IMG/VR virus record: IMGVR_UViG_3300035492_000302
Coordinates: 1 to 36,980 of that record
From: a virus
Length of the DNA: 36,980 nucleotides
Reading direction: 5' to 3' (one strand)
Positions within the stretch are counted from its first letter, which is position 1. Every line of letters starts with the position of its first letter. A program made the translations under genes and the position numbers. This document shows positions 1 through 8,456 of this stretch, in pieces. Under the pieces are notes generated by a model. It searched no databases and was not told the DNA's origin. It was given only the letters and a program-made list of their open reading frames with translations.

Positions 1-127
1 CCGCGCATCTTGCTCAGCGCCAGCAGATCATGAAGCGTTGATTTTTTGACGGCGGCACCCTTGGTTTCGTAGTCGTGCAGGGCATCGGCCCATTCCTTGA
101 TCTTGACGACCAGACGATCTGCGGCGT
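1..127. repeat. Terminal overlap, left copy (identical to 36854..36980)
   Basis: Compared base by base: ccgcgcatcttgctcagcgcc...gatctgcggcgt is identical at both ends. The copy lies inside a coding gene. Confidence 0.95.
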
Positions 128-452
128 CGCCTTTTCCCTTCGCTCGCATGTTCGCGATGCTGATGCGGCACAGGTAGATCACCACGCGGTCCAGCTGTAT
201 GCACAAAACATTTTGATCCTGGGGGGTACGAGTACCCCCCGTGAGGAAAAAATCGGGCACTTTCAGGTGAGAAACGGCATAAAGATTGACGTGATCTTCC
301 TGTTGGAGCGTCCTTTTTGCGCTTCGCCAATCAGTCCCCGCGAAGTCCGATACGCGTTTAGCCTCCACGTAGTCGGTTCCTTGATAACGGATCACGGGCA
401 GAGTGAGCTCGTGAATGCGAACGATGTCAACGATTTGTGCTGTGGCATTCAT
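1..452 (-). CDS. P22 Ant N-terminal-domain-like protein, N-terminal 150 codons (gene wraps the contig junction)
   Basis: My own translation from the ATG at 452, which forms an ATGA overlap with the upstream stop: MNATAQIVDIVRIHELTLPVIRYQG...VLCIQLDRVVIYLCRISIANMR...KEWADALHDYE. The frame stays open to position 1 and continues in frame at 36853. It is paralogous to 449..1090 and 32579..33160. It is missing from the ORF track because it runs off the window edge. Confidence 0.6.
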   Translation of the reverse strand, partial: MNATAQIVDIVRIHELTLPVIRYQGTDYVEAKRVSDFAGTDWRSAKRTLQQEDHVNLYAVSHLKVPDFFLTGGTRTPQDQNVLCIQLDRVVIYLCRISIANMRAKGKGDAADRLVVKIKEWADALHDYETKGAAVKKSTLHDLLALSKMR

Positions 453-1090
453 GCGCGCTCTCCTTCCAGTGGCAGTTCCGTCTGGGGCTCGGGCGGCACG
501 GTGATGCCCAGTTGCTCGAACATCAGGTCGAGCGCCTGGCTGGCAGCTGCCCGCTTGCGCTGACATGCGATCAGCGAAAGAGATTTACTGGCATTGATCA
601 GCTGGGCAAGGTCGCGGATGGCGCCGGGCTTGGCGGCAAATCCCCGAGATTCATAGGCATCGAGCACCCTTCCCCATTCGATCTTGAGCGCCAGCCAGTG
701 ATCGGCGGCGTCTTCCTTGCCCATGCTGCGCATGCGGGCGGTGTTGATGCTCATCATCCAGGCCAGGGACTGGTCTTTGCGGATGCAGAGCAGGTCGGTG
801 TCACGGGAATCGACGCCTGATTTAGTCGCCTTAAGGCGACTAATTTCCGTTGAGGAAGGTTTTTTTTGCTCGCAAAGAAGTGCGATGACCGGCCACGGGA
901 TGGTTTTGGTGCCGAACTGGCGCACATTTTCCGGGCTAAAAACCGTGGCTCGGGTCCTTCTCCAATTCAGACACGCCACGTCAGAAAGCGGCCGCAACGG
1001 CACATACTCCACATCTTCGTACTTCAGCAGCGGCAGATTGACGCCGTGAAACTCCAGGACGGCGATGAGCTTTGTTTTGCTGGTATTCAT
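449..1090 (-). CDS. P22 Ant N-terminal-domain-like protein (paralog 2)
   Basis: I chose the internal start M67 of ORF 449..1288: ATG at 1090 with a GGAGA SD 8 nt upstream. Sequence: MNTSKTKLIAVLEFHGVNLPLL...LLCIRKDQSLAWMMSINTARMR. This resembles the P22 antirepressor N-domain pattern (CLPL...WLFSINPEKVR) as I remember it. Confidence 0.6.
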   Translation of the reverse strand: MNTSKTKLIAVLEFHGVNLPLLKYEDVEYVPLRPLSDVACLNWRRTRATVFSPENVRQFGTKTIPWPVIALLCEQKKPSSTEISRLKATKSGVDSRDTDLLCIRKDQSLAWMMSINTARMRSMGKEDAADHWLALKIEWGRVLDAYESRGFAAKPGAIRDLAQLINASKSLSLIACQRKRAAASQALDLMFEQLGITVPPEPQTELPLEGERA

Positions 1091-1472
1091 GCGTGTTCTC
1101 CGGAACAGCTGTTGTTGTGGTTCTGCGCATCGAGGGCGGCCAGCAGTTTCTTGGCGGCTGAGAGCATGGGCTCGATACGCGGGCCAGTCCGGCGCGCAGC
1201 TGCTGCGTAAAACGCCTGAGCGCATCGAGCGGCGCGGCTTTGCCGGTGCGCGCCTGCCATTGCTCAAACAGGGTGATAACGCCTTCAATGGCGGAGGCTG
1301 CGCACCAGGGCGTGCCTTTCACGTACACGATGGCCGTGCCGTGATCGTCGACCAGCACTGTGCCGGTGGTGAGCACCTGGCTGGCGATGGCCCGGATGGG
1401 CTGAATCATGTTCATAGCCCACACGGGTGCTGGAATTGCCAGGGCGCGCTGAAAGGTTTTTCGATGGGTCAT
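981..1472 (-). CDS. Hypothetical early protein; the 3' third is probably out of frame (see finding)
   Basis: 163-aa ORF. The first ~100 aa look protein-like with high GC3. The tail is R/P/T-rich and overlaps the next gene by 110 nt. An alternative frame ends in an ATGA coupling at 1087-1090. Confidence 0.45.
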   Translation of the reverse strand: MTHRKTFQRALAIPAPVWAMNMIQPIRAIASQVLTTGTVLVDDHGTAIVYVKGTPWCAASAIEGVITLFEQWQARTGKAAPLDALRRFTQQLRAGLARVSSPCSQPPRNCWPPSMRRTTTTAVPENTHEYQQNKAHRRPGVSRRQSAAAEVRRCGVCAVAAAF

Positions 1473-1542
1473 GGCTAAGCGCTAAAAAAGCCGACGGCAA
1501 CGCACAGGCCTGTTGGCCTGCGCCTGCGTAGTGGCATGGGTG

Positions 1543-1941
1543 TCAGTGGGCGGCTTGCTGCGTGGTGCCCGCCTGAACGGGCATGAGGCTGCGGCGCGCC
1601 TCAAGCAGGTTGATGGTGTCCAGGTAGTTGACTAGCGCCTTTGCGCTGACCACCAGGGTGCGACCACTGCGATGGTCGTTAACGAACACCACGTAACTGG
1701 TACTGCGATCAACGTCGATGCACACGCTGTGCTTGGCGCTTTCGTACTCGCCGATCGTTTGCGCGGCGAGCGTTTCGGCTGCGTGGGCGCTGATGTCGGC
1801 CTGTGAGTGAATGTAGGCCAGAGTTTGCTCAAGTACGCGGGCGCGATCCGGCCCCAGCACCTTGGTCAAGGCGCTGGTGTAGCGCAGGCGTACAAATTCC
1901 ATGGTGTTGATGCGCAGCTCTTTGTAGGCTTCGGGTGTCAT
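1543..1941 (-). CDS. Hypothetical early-operon protein
   Basis: Internal start M21 of ORF 1543..2001 (ATG at 1941, AGGAAG SD). No family recognised. Confidence 0.55.
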   Translation of the reverse strand: MTPEAYKELRINTMEFVRLRYTSALTKVLGPDRARVLEQTLAYIHSQADISAHAAETLAAQTIGEYESAKHSVCIDVDRSTSYVVFVNDHRSGRTLVVSAKALVNYLDTINLLEARRSLMPVQAGTTQQAAH

Positions 1942-1966
1942 GGCGGGCTTCCTTTTTGAAATGCCG

Positions 1967-2236
1967 TTACAGCGGCAGGTTGATTTGCCGGGGATCGTCA
2001 AGCACTTGCTGGTGACGCCGGCGGTTGACGTGCGGCGACAAGGGCACCATCACGTTGGGGTCGGGATCGGGGGGCAGGTTCAGCGAACGATTGGCTTCAA
2101 GCGTGGCCACCCAGGCGTAGTTGCAGTCCAGGTTGCGACAGGTGAAGGTCAGCTCACGCATGGTTCTGGACATTTCCCGGCTGCGACGCACGATGGCGAC
2201 ATGACCGCAGTAGGGACAGGCCATAGAAATCACCAT
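1967..2236 (-). CDS. ogr: Ogr/Delta-family zinc-finger late-gene activator
   Basis: CPYCGHVAIVRRSREMSRTMRELTFTCRNLDCNYAW matches the P2 Ogr pattern CPxCxH..A..R.SR......E....C.N..C...F/W. The true start may be M5 at 2224, which has a GGTGAT SD. Confidence 0.8.
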   Translation of the reverse strand: MVISMACPYCGHVAIVRRSREMSRTMRELTFTCRNLDCNYAWVATLEANRSLNLPPDPDPNVMVPLSPHVNRRRHQQVLDDPRQINLPL

Positions 2237-2238
2237 AA

Positions 2239-2484
2239 TCAGGCCAGATCGTCGTCGGGGTTACCTGCCACGGCGCGGATAGCGTCCGCTTCGCTTGCGC
2301 CAGATTGCTCGTTCTCGCGGGCAGCACGAATGGCGCGCACGATGATCATGCGGGCCATGGTCGACACTGACCGGTAGTCGGCCTTGGCAAAGCGGCTAAG
2401 TTCGGCAAGCTCTTGCGGGTTCAAGCGCAGCCCGACCATGCGTTCGATGCGCTGTGTGGCGGATTGCTTAGCGGTGTGTTTCAT
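2239..2484 (-). CDS. Ribbon-helix-helix-like DNA-binding protein, first gene of the early operon (Cox/Cro analogue)
   Basis: Internal start M30 of ORF 2239..2571 (ATG at 2484). MKHTAKQSATQRIERMVGLRLNPQELAELSRFAKADYRSVSTMARMIIVRAI has an RHH-like beta-alpha-alpha layout. It is divergent from the repressor gene. Confidence 0.55.
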   Translation of the reverse strand: MKHTAKQSATQRIERMVGLRLNPQELAELSRFAKADYRSVSTMARMIIVRAIRAARENEQSGASEADAIRAVAGNPDDDLA

Positions 2485-2518
2485 GGCGTAATAGGTGCTT
2501 AAAGTTGGTGTATGTGTG

Positions 2519-2547
2519 ATTGTGGTGCGGAATTTCTCACCAGTCAA
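2519..2547 (-). promoter_or_regulatory. Candidate early promoter Pe with an operator-like dyad in the spacer
   Basis: On the minus strand: TTGACT (2547->2542), a 17-nt spacer, then CACAAT (2524->2519). The spacer is the 18-bp dyad GGTGAGAAATTCCGCACC (2524..2541). Confidence 0.4.
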
Positions 2548-2593
2548 TACTTTTAGTGGATTTATTTTCACCTTAATGGCAGAGAGGTGCGGT

Positions 2594-2989
2594 ATGCGTG
2601 AAGAAATAGGTGCGCGCTTGCGTGAAGAACGCGAGCGTATGGGGATGTCTCAGACGGCCTTTGCGGGCATTGGCGGCGGATCAAAACGCCAGCAGATCGA
2701 GTGGGAGAAAGGCGCATCAACGCCTTCTTCTGAGTTCATGGCCGTGCTGGCCAAGGCTGGGGTCGATGTGCTGTACGTGTTAAGCGGCCGGCGCGAGCCT
2801 GATGTGCCGGCAACGCTGGAGCTGTATGCGCAGTGCTGGCTTGCGGTTGATAGTTACCTGCAGCAGGCAGGCAAGCACCTGCCTACTGACAAGAAACACC
2901 TGGCGGTTGAGGCGCTGTTTGAGCTGGCCCAGCAAGGTCATAGCGACCTGGACAAACTATCGGCCAACATTCTGAGGCTTGCCGCCTAG
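2594..2989 (+). CDS. XRE-family HTH repressor (CI/C-like immunity repressor)
   Basis: Internal start M34 of ORF 2495..2989 (ATG at 2594, GAGAGG SD). MREEIGARLREERERMGMSQTAFAGIGGGSKRQQIEWEKG...LAKAGVDVLYVLSG is a typical HTH_XRE sequence. It is divergent from the early operon. Confidence 0.8.
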   Translation: MREEIGARLREERERMGMSQTAFAGIGGGSKRQQIEWEKGASTPSSEFMAVLAKAGVDVLYVLSGRREPDVPATLELYAQCWLAVDSYLQQAGKHLPTDKKHLAVEALFELAQQGHSDLDKLSANILRLAA

Positions 2990-3086
2990 GGTTAGTGCCC
3001 AGAAAATGTTGTGCGCAAGCGGCAATGTTTGGGTTATGTTTATAAAAATAGTAACTTTATTTTTCAAACCATAACATTGAGCACCC

Positions 3087-3398
3087 ATGAAGGACTTTAT
3101 TAGCACCCCCACTTACCTTCGCCTTGTCAGCCCTGAAAAAACTGCCGAGAACGATCCGCCTGCCGATCCTGCCACTCTCCTGGCGGGGCTGCTGGCCCAG
3201 GCGCAGCCCGCAAGCTCACCCTCGGACCCTTGCCGCTTGTGCCAGCATCGGCCGGTTGAGCAAGTCATCGAGGGCGACGGTAATGTGCAGCTGCTGAGCC
3301 GCTCGGCGGCGCGTCAGGTGATTCGAGGCAATGGCAATGTGCAGGCCGATCTGGGCGCATGGCGGCGGTTCGTCAGCCTTCGTCGTCAAGGTCGGTAG
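3087..3398 (+). CDS. Hypothetical small protein, moron-like
   Basis: 103-aa ORF behind an AT-rich stretch (about 3040-3086). It contains the internal repeat VIEGDGNVQ / VIRGNGNVQ. It is convergent with D and overlaps it by 26 nt. Confidence 0.4.
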   Translation: MKDFISTPTYLRLVSPEKTAENDPPADPATLLAGLLAQAQPASSPSDPCRLCQHRPVEQVIEGDGNVQLLSRSAARQVIRGNGNVQADLGAWRRFVSLRRQGR

Positions 3399-4407
3399 TT
3401 TCGTCGGCCGCCTCGGCCGTCAGGGTTTCCATTTCGAGCGTACTGATCAACCCAGCGTCTGAAAGCTTGTGCACCACGCGATGCAAGATCCAGTCATTTG
3501 TGTTGATGGGCGGCTTCATGTCGGGAAAGCGCATGGGCGTTTGGGGGGCCAGCTGGGGCATGCCTTTGGCCAGCGTATAGCTGAAAGTGGCCAGACCGCG
3601 CTGAATGCGCTGCCATTCGGCCCTGGCTTCGCGCAGTGCATCTTCTTCGCTGGCAAAGGTGTCGCGCAGCCGCTTTGCATTGCCTGATTGACCCACCAGC
3701 ACGCCGCGTCGCTTGGCCCGGTCAGGGTCGTGCCAGTAGGCACGCACGCCGCTGTAGGAATCGCGGTCGGCGATGTGGTAGCGGTGATCGTCGCCCTGAG
3801 CACGCACGATGGCGACCGGTTCGATATCAACGCCAGAGCGGGTTCTTGCTTCGTGTGCCGGCACAAACAGCAGATGTCCGGATTTGACGGTGGCCACCGC
3901 GTCAAAGCGCTTCCCCAGGCGTCGAACGAAGGCCAGGTCGCTTTCAGTTTGGTCGATGTGCTCGATCAGCGTGTCGGCATCTTTGCCGACGCTGGCCGTC
4001 AGGTTGTGCTCGCTGGCGATCGCCTGCAGGACCTGCCCCACTGTTTGCTGATGCCAGCTGCGCTCTTTACGCACCCGCATCGAGGCCAATAGATCAACGC
4101 TGCGGGCGGTAAGGCTGAGCGTGTCTGGAGCGCCTCGGTGCTCTACTTCGTCAACAACAAACTGGCCCTTGTCGATCAGGCCCGTGCGCTCCCAGCCAAG
4201 AGCAACCGAGAGCTTTGCGCCGCGCGGTGGTATGGCCAACTTGCCATCCAGATCGCTGATCTCGATGGTGAGCTGGTCCAGTTCTTCGGTTCGGCATTCG
4301 GTGACCGACAGCTCGATCAGGCGCGGGGCGATGACGCCTGACAGGTCCTGGCCATCGAGCGTAACTTGCCAGATAGGCCGGTTGTAGCCTGGGGCGCTCA
4401 AGATCAT
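3373..4407 (-). CDS. D: Tail protein D (late control gene D family)
   Basis: 344 aa, the last gene of the FI-FII-E-T-U-D block, with an ATGA overlap with U. The N-terminus MILSAPGYNRPIWQVTLDGQDLSG is gpD-like. Confidence 0.85.
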   Translation of the reverse strand: MILSAPGYNRPIWQVTLDGQDLSGVIAPRLIELSVTECRTEELDQLTIEISDLDGKLAIPPRGAKLSVALGWERTGLIDKGQFVVDEVEHRGAPDTLSLTARSVDLLASMRVRKERSWHQQTVGQVLQAIASEHNLTASVGKDADTLIEHIDQTESDLAFVRRLGKRFDAVATVKSGHLLFVPAHEARTRSGVDIEPVAIVRAQGDDHRYHIADRDSYSGVRAYWHDPDRAKRRGVLVGQSGNAKRLRDTFASEEDALREARAEWQRIQRGLATFSYTLAKGMPQLAPQTPMRFPDMKPPINTNDWILHRVVHKLSDAGLISTLEMETLTAEAADETTDLDDEG

Positions 4408-4844
4408 ACAAAGGCCTCGGTCAGACTGCTGGCCAGGGTGCCAAGCATGGCGGCCATGTCGACGCGATCATCATCCACTCGTTTGAGCGACAGGGTGAAT
4501 TCGATGCGCCGTGGCGCGCCGTCAGCAAAGAACAGCGAGGCAGTTTCGGCCAGGTCGAGAATGACCCAGGCGCCATAGACGCGCCCAGTGCCATCGACCA
4601 GCACCCAGGCCTTGCCCGAGTTGCCCATTTCACGCAAGGCATCGAGCGACAGCCGCGTGCCAGCCAGCTGAGGCAGCAGCACGCCCGGCAAGGTAATGGT
4701 GTCATCACCCGGGCCAGTGAACTGATGCGCGTCGCGGGCTCCAACGCGCGATGCGCTTGGGTGCTTCCAGGCGGTTTTGCGCTGAAGCTCCTGGTAGACC
4801 AGGGTTTCCAGGTTAAACACGAACATGCCAAGAGCCATCATCAT
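4404..4844 (-). CDS. U: Tail protein U
   Basis: MMMALGMFVFNLETL... resembles the P2 gpU N-terminus. Its position between T and D fits. Confidence 0.85.
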   Translation of the reverse strand: MMMALGMFVFNLETLVYQELQRKTAWKHPSASRVGARDAHQFTGPGDDTITLPGVLLPQLAGTRLSLDALREMGNSGKAWVLVDGTGRVYGAWVILDLAETASLFFADGAPRRIEFTLSLKRVDDDRVDMAAMLGTLASSLTEAFV

Positions 4845-4849
4845 GGGGG

Positions 4850-7800
4850 TCAGTCTCCGTAGTCGTACATGGATGAACGCATGCGCGCTGCTTTCTGGCG
4901 ATCGCGCCGCTCCAGCTCTGCTCGCACGGCCAGTGCGATTTCGCGCGGGTCTGCGCCAGGCGCAGGCGTGATTTGAATGGTAATGGTGTCGCCCTGTATG
5001 ACAGCTGGCACCGCCGGCGCGCGGGCAGCCAGGGGCGGGCGCCGATCGATGCGCGGCGCTGGAACACTAAGCTGGCCGAGCGTTTGATGTACGGCTCGCT
5101 GCATGCCTATGGCGTCAGGCTGCAAGGCCATGGCTGGCGATGCCAGGCCAATGGCGCCGGCACCGATGGCGCCAGCGGCCAGCTGACGCACGGCCCTGGC
5201 CACACTATCCTGCTCGCGCTCGATACCGAGTGCCGCACCCTGGCCCATAAAGCCGCCCATTTGCATGAAGACGCGGCTTGGCGAATTGATTCCAAGCGTT
5301 TCCTGAAACCATTTGACCGCGCTGTCAGCGGTATTGATTACAGCGTCTTTGACCGATCCTGCCATGCTTTTGATGCCGTTGGTCAGGCCGTTGATCATAT
5401 CGGTGCCGAACCCCATAAAGGTGGCGGGCAGCGAGCCAAACCAGGCGAACACGCTGGAGAACACCGATTTGAAGGTATCGAGCGGCGCCCAGTTGTTGAT
5501 GAACTGCGTTACCGCTGCCACACCCTGGTTGAACAGGGTTTTAATGGTTTCCCAAAGTTCGGAGAAAAAAGCTTTGATCGGCTCCCAGTACTGGTAGATA
5601 AGCCAGGCGGCGCCAGCGATCAGACCGATGGCAATGCCGATGGGGTTGGCGAACAGGGCCTTGCCTACGCCCAGCAGCACCGAACCGACCAGGCGCAGCG
5701 CCGGTACCAGCGTGCCCCGGAAGACGCCGCCCAGCCATGCCGCCGCTTTGCCTAGCGGATTCAGCAGGCCGCGAAGGCCACCCAGAAGGCCCAGTAGCGA
5801 ACCGGCGCGGATCCCGATCAGCGACATGGCGTACCGCATGGTGGCAAGGGGCAGCAACACGGCTCCGATGGCCAGGCCAAGCGAGCCGAGCAAAGCAAAC
5901 AGCCCGGCCAGCACCGCCACGACTTTAAAGATCGTGGAGGTGAGCTCTGGGTTGGCTTTCACCCAATCGCCGATCTTGACGGTGGTTTCCCCCAACAGTT
6001 TGATCAGCTCTTTTAGATCGGGCGCAACAGTGCGGCCGATATCGGCCAGCATGTTGGTGAAGCTGCCCCCGGCCGCATCCATGTGGTTGGTCAGGGTTTT
6101 GAGGTCTTCGTTGATGCGCTGCTGCAGGGAAGCCTGGCCACCCATTTTCTGGGCCATTTCCCGGTAGCCCTCGATGCCCCTGGCCATCATGGTATTGATG
6201 ACTTGCAGCGTTTCAGCATCGTCACCAAACAGATCGGCAGTTATTTGTACGCGCTGGGCGCTGGTGAGTTTTTCGAGCTGCTTGAGCTGGGCAAACATTT
6301 TCTCCAGCCCGCCGAATTCGCCCTTGCCGTCGGTAAAGTCAAACTTGATGCTGCTGCCCATGGCCTTCAGATCATCATTAACCGATTTGACATCATCAAC
6401 CTTGAGCGCGCCTTGTATGGCTTTGCGCAGCGCGTTACCTGACTGTTCGCCGGCCATGCCCGCCTGGTCAAACATGGCCAGCAAGGGCGCAAGCTCCTGC
6501 ACAGCGGCCAAGCCTTCCTTGCGCATCAAACTGAGCGCTGGCGCTACCTTGGTAAAGCCCTGCAGCATATTGCGCGGGTCGGTGCCGGCGTAGTAGGCGC
6601 GCTGGATGGTGTCCATCAGCGAAAGCATGTCGGCCTCGGTGGTGCGCGTGGCGTCTTGCATTTTGGCGCTGAACTCGGCGGCATCATCGGCCTGCATTTT
6701 GAACAGCACGCCAGCGTAAGCGGTCGCCTCGCCCAGCCCGCCCAGGATCGCTGTATTGCTCATGCCTTGGCGCTTGAGCATAGTCATCATGTTCTGGAAG
6801 TCAGCCGTGGTGCCGGGCAGGATATCGCCCAGCTCTTTGGCCAGCTCGGCTACCCGCTCGAATTCCTGGCTAACCTGGCCGTCACTGGTCATCATAGAGA
6901 CGCGCAGGCTGGACTCGGCACTTTCGTTGGGCGCGAAGGCATCGACCACGCCACGCAAGGGGCGCGATAAGGCATAAGCCGAACCCAGACCAGCCGCACC
7001 GCTTGCGGCCAGCCCAGTGGCCGTTTGCGAGAGCTGCTGGTACTTGTCGCGCGCCTGGTTAAGGCGGTTTTGTTGTTCAGTCAGGCGGCGCAGACTGTCG
7101 CGCTGGGCGTTAATCTGCGTGGTGGTCGCGCTGACCCGGCTGGCCAGGCTGGCCTCTTCGCCCGCCAGATCTTTGGTACCGATGCCGGCACTATTCAATT
7201 CGCGCTTGAGCTCGCGCAGCCGGTTGCTGCCTTTGGAGAACTCGCTCGATAGTCGCTGGTGGCGCGACCGAGCCTCGTTTAGCTGCTGGCCAAGCGCATC
7301 GACCGGGCCGGATGCCGCCTTGTACTCGTTGCTGGTAAGCGTAAGCTGACGGCGCGATTCGCGCAGCTGCTGTCCACTGGCGCGGTACTGCTCACGTAAG
7401 GCGCGCTGTTGGCGCTCCTGGGCAATTTGGTCGTTCAGTACATCGTTGTACTCGCCGTGCAGCCGGTCGTACTCGATGCGCAGCTTGGCCACATCGCCGG
7501 TGCCGCTGCGCATTTGGTCACTCAGGGCATTCATGCGCCGCCCAAGATCAGCCTTGCGCCGGCCAGTTTGCTCAACCTGCTGCTGCATCTGCAGCATCTG
7601 CATTTTGTTGGCGCGGTAGGCCGCGGACAGCTCGTTAGTGCGCTGTTTGACGCTTTGCATCAGCTCGCGTAACGGGCGGATGCTGGCGCTGGCCTGGTAA
7701 AACTCCCTGGCCAGAGCATCCGCCTTGGACCGAGCATCTTGCATGGCTGCGCCGGTGTTTTGCATGGCCTGGCGAAGCTCGCGAAATTCAGCCAGGTCGC

Positions 7801-7948
7801 GTTGCGCCCGGCCCAAGTCTTTGAGCTGGTCACTCAGCCGGCGAAACTCGGCAGCCGTGTCCCGTGCCCCGCCAAATATCTTGCGCATCGGCGCTGACAG
7901 CTTGTCAAGAGCGGAAAGTTGAACTTCCAATTTCAGCGTGTTGCTCAT
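4850..7948 (-). CDS. T: Tail tape measure protein
   Basis: 1032 aa with a coiled-coil-rich N-terminal half and a hydrophobic G/A/L-rich central region. It lies directly downstream of E/E+E'. Confidence 0.9.
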   Translation of the reverse strand: MSNTLKLEVQLSALDKLSAPMRKIFGGARDTAAEFRRLSDQLKDLGRAQRDLAEFRELRQAMQNTGAAMQDARSKADALAREFYQASASIRPLRELMQSVKQRTNELSAAYRANKMQMLQMQQQVEQTGRRKADLGRRMNALSDQMRSGTGDVAKLRIEYDRLHGEYNDVLNDQIAQERQQRALREQYRASGQQLRESRRQLTLTSNEYKAASGPVDALGQQLNEARSRHQRLSSEFSKGSNRLRELKRELNSAGIGTKDLAGEEASLASRVSATTTQINAQRDSLRRLTEQQNRLNQARDKYQQLSQTATGLAASGAAGLGSAYALSRPLRGVVDAFAPNESAESSLRVSMMTSDGQVSQEFERVAELAKELGDILPGTTADFQNMMTMLKRQGMSNTAILGGLGEATAYAGVLFKMQADDAAEFSAKMQDATRTTEADMLSLMDTIQRAYYAGTDPRNMLQGFTKVAPALSLMRKEGLAAVQELAPLLAMFDQAGMAGEQSGNALRKAIQGALKVDDVKSVNDDLKAMGSSIKFDFTDGKGEFGGLEKMFAQLKQLEKLTSAQRVQITADLFGDDAETLQVINTMMARGIEGYREMAQKMGGQASLQQRINEDLKTLTNHMDAAGGSFTNMLADIGRTVAPDLKELIKLLGETTVKIGDWVKANPELTSTIFKVVAVLAGLFALLGSLGLAIGAVLLPLATMRYAMSLIGIRAGSLLGLLGGLRGLLNPLGKAAAWLGGVFRGTLVPALRLVGSVLLGVGKALFANPIGIAIGLIAGAAWLIYQYWEPIKAFFSELWETIKTLFNQGVAAVTQFINNWAPLDTFKSVFSSVFAWFGSLPATFMGFGTDMINGLTNGIKSMAGSVKDAVINTADSAVKWFQETLGINSPSRVFMQMGGFMGQGAALGIEREQDSVARAVRQLAAGAIGAGAIGLASPAMALQPDAIGMQRAVHQTLGQLSVPAPRIDRRPPLAARAPAVPAVIQGDTITIQITPAPGADPREIALAVRAELERRDRQKAARMRSSMYDYGD

Positions 7949-8393
7949 GCGTCGTTCCCGTTTCGAAGCCGTGCGCGTTCTCGCCAGGCCATCAATTCTG
8001 AAATATCAAAGTGCTCCATGGCCGCCGGCGGCCAATGGAACACAACCGCGATGTCTGCCATCGCCGACTCTACGTCCGCAGGGATTCCCGCAGCGCCCTC
8101 TTGAGCAAAAAAGCGCTGACCGCCTGACCGCACGAAGCCAGATCAGCCAAGTCAAGCGCTGCCGCCTCGGCCTCCGTGATCGATGGCGTGGTCACACGCG
8201 GCAGAAGGCGCGTTAGGGTGGTGACATCCATTTCGGCCAGGTTACCCAATGACAGCCCGCGCAGTTCGCCGGCTCGCGGCTTTCTAATGCTCAACGTAGT
8301 GATCTGGGTTTCGCCGCGAACGATGGGCTCATCAAGCTCGACTATTCGGGTGTTGGCGTCGGTGTCGATGACATCTGTTTGTTGCTTGCTCAT
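7945..8393 (-). CDS. Tail assembly chaperone E+E' (-1 frameshift product)
   Basis: The slippery heptamer T_TTT_TTG (8112->8106) sits in frame GCT TTT TTG of E. The -1 frame continues as FAQEGAAGIPADVES...RNGNDA (ORF 7945..8133) and ends in an ATGA overlap with the T start. Confidence 0.75.
8070..8393 (-). CDS. E: Tail assembly chaperone E
   Basis: Internal start M14 of ORF 8070..8432 (ATG at 8393, AGGAAG SD). It contains the slippery TTTTTTG near its 3' end. Confidence 0.8.
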   Translation of the reverse strand: MSKQQTDVIDTDANTRIVELDEPIVRGETQITTLSIRKPRAGELRGLSLGNLAEMDVTTLTRLLPRVTTPSITEAEAAALDLADLASCGQAVSAFLLKRALRESLRT

Positions 8394-8456
8394 GGTGACT
8401 TCCTTTGTTGTCTGGGTATGTTGCGCCAGCACGCATCGCTGCGCCTGGCGCGTTTG

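Noticed and set aside
1486-1540. Intra-operon terminator between 1543..1941 and 981..1472 (hairpin GCGCAGGCC-AACA-GGCCUGUGC, with a T6 run 12 nt later)
   Set aside because: The T-run is separated from the stem by 12 nt, so it is not a canonical intrinsic terminator. It might be an RNA processing or stability element, but I cannot support that.
2491-2498. The shared 8-mer ATAGGTGC at 2491 and 28414 as an additional operator
   Set aside because: An 8-mer recurrence is expected by chance many times in 37 kb. I kept only the 18-bp dyads as a hypothesis.
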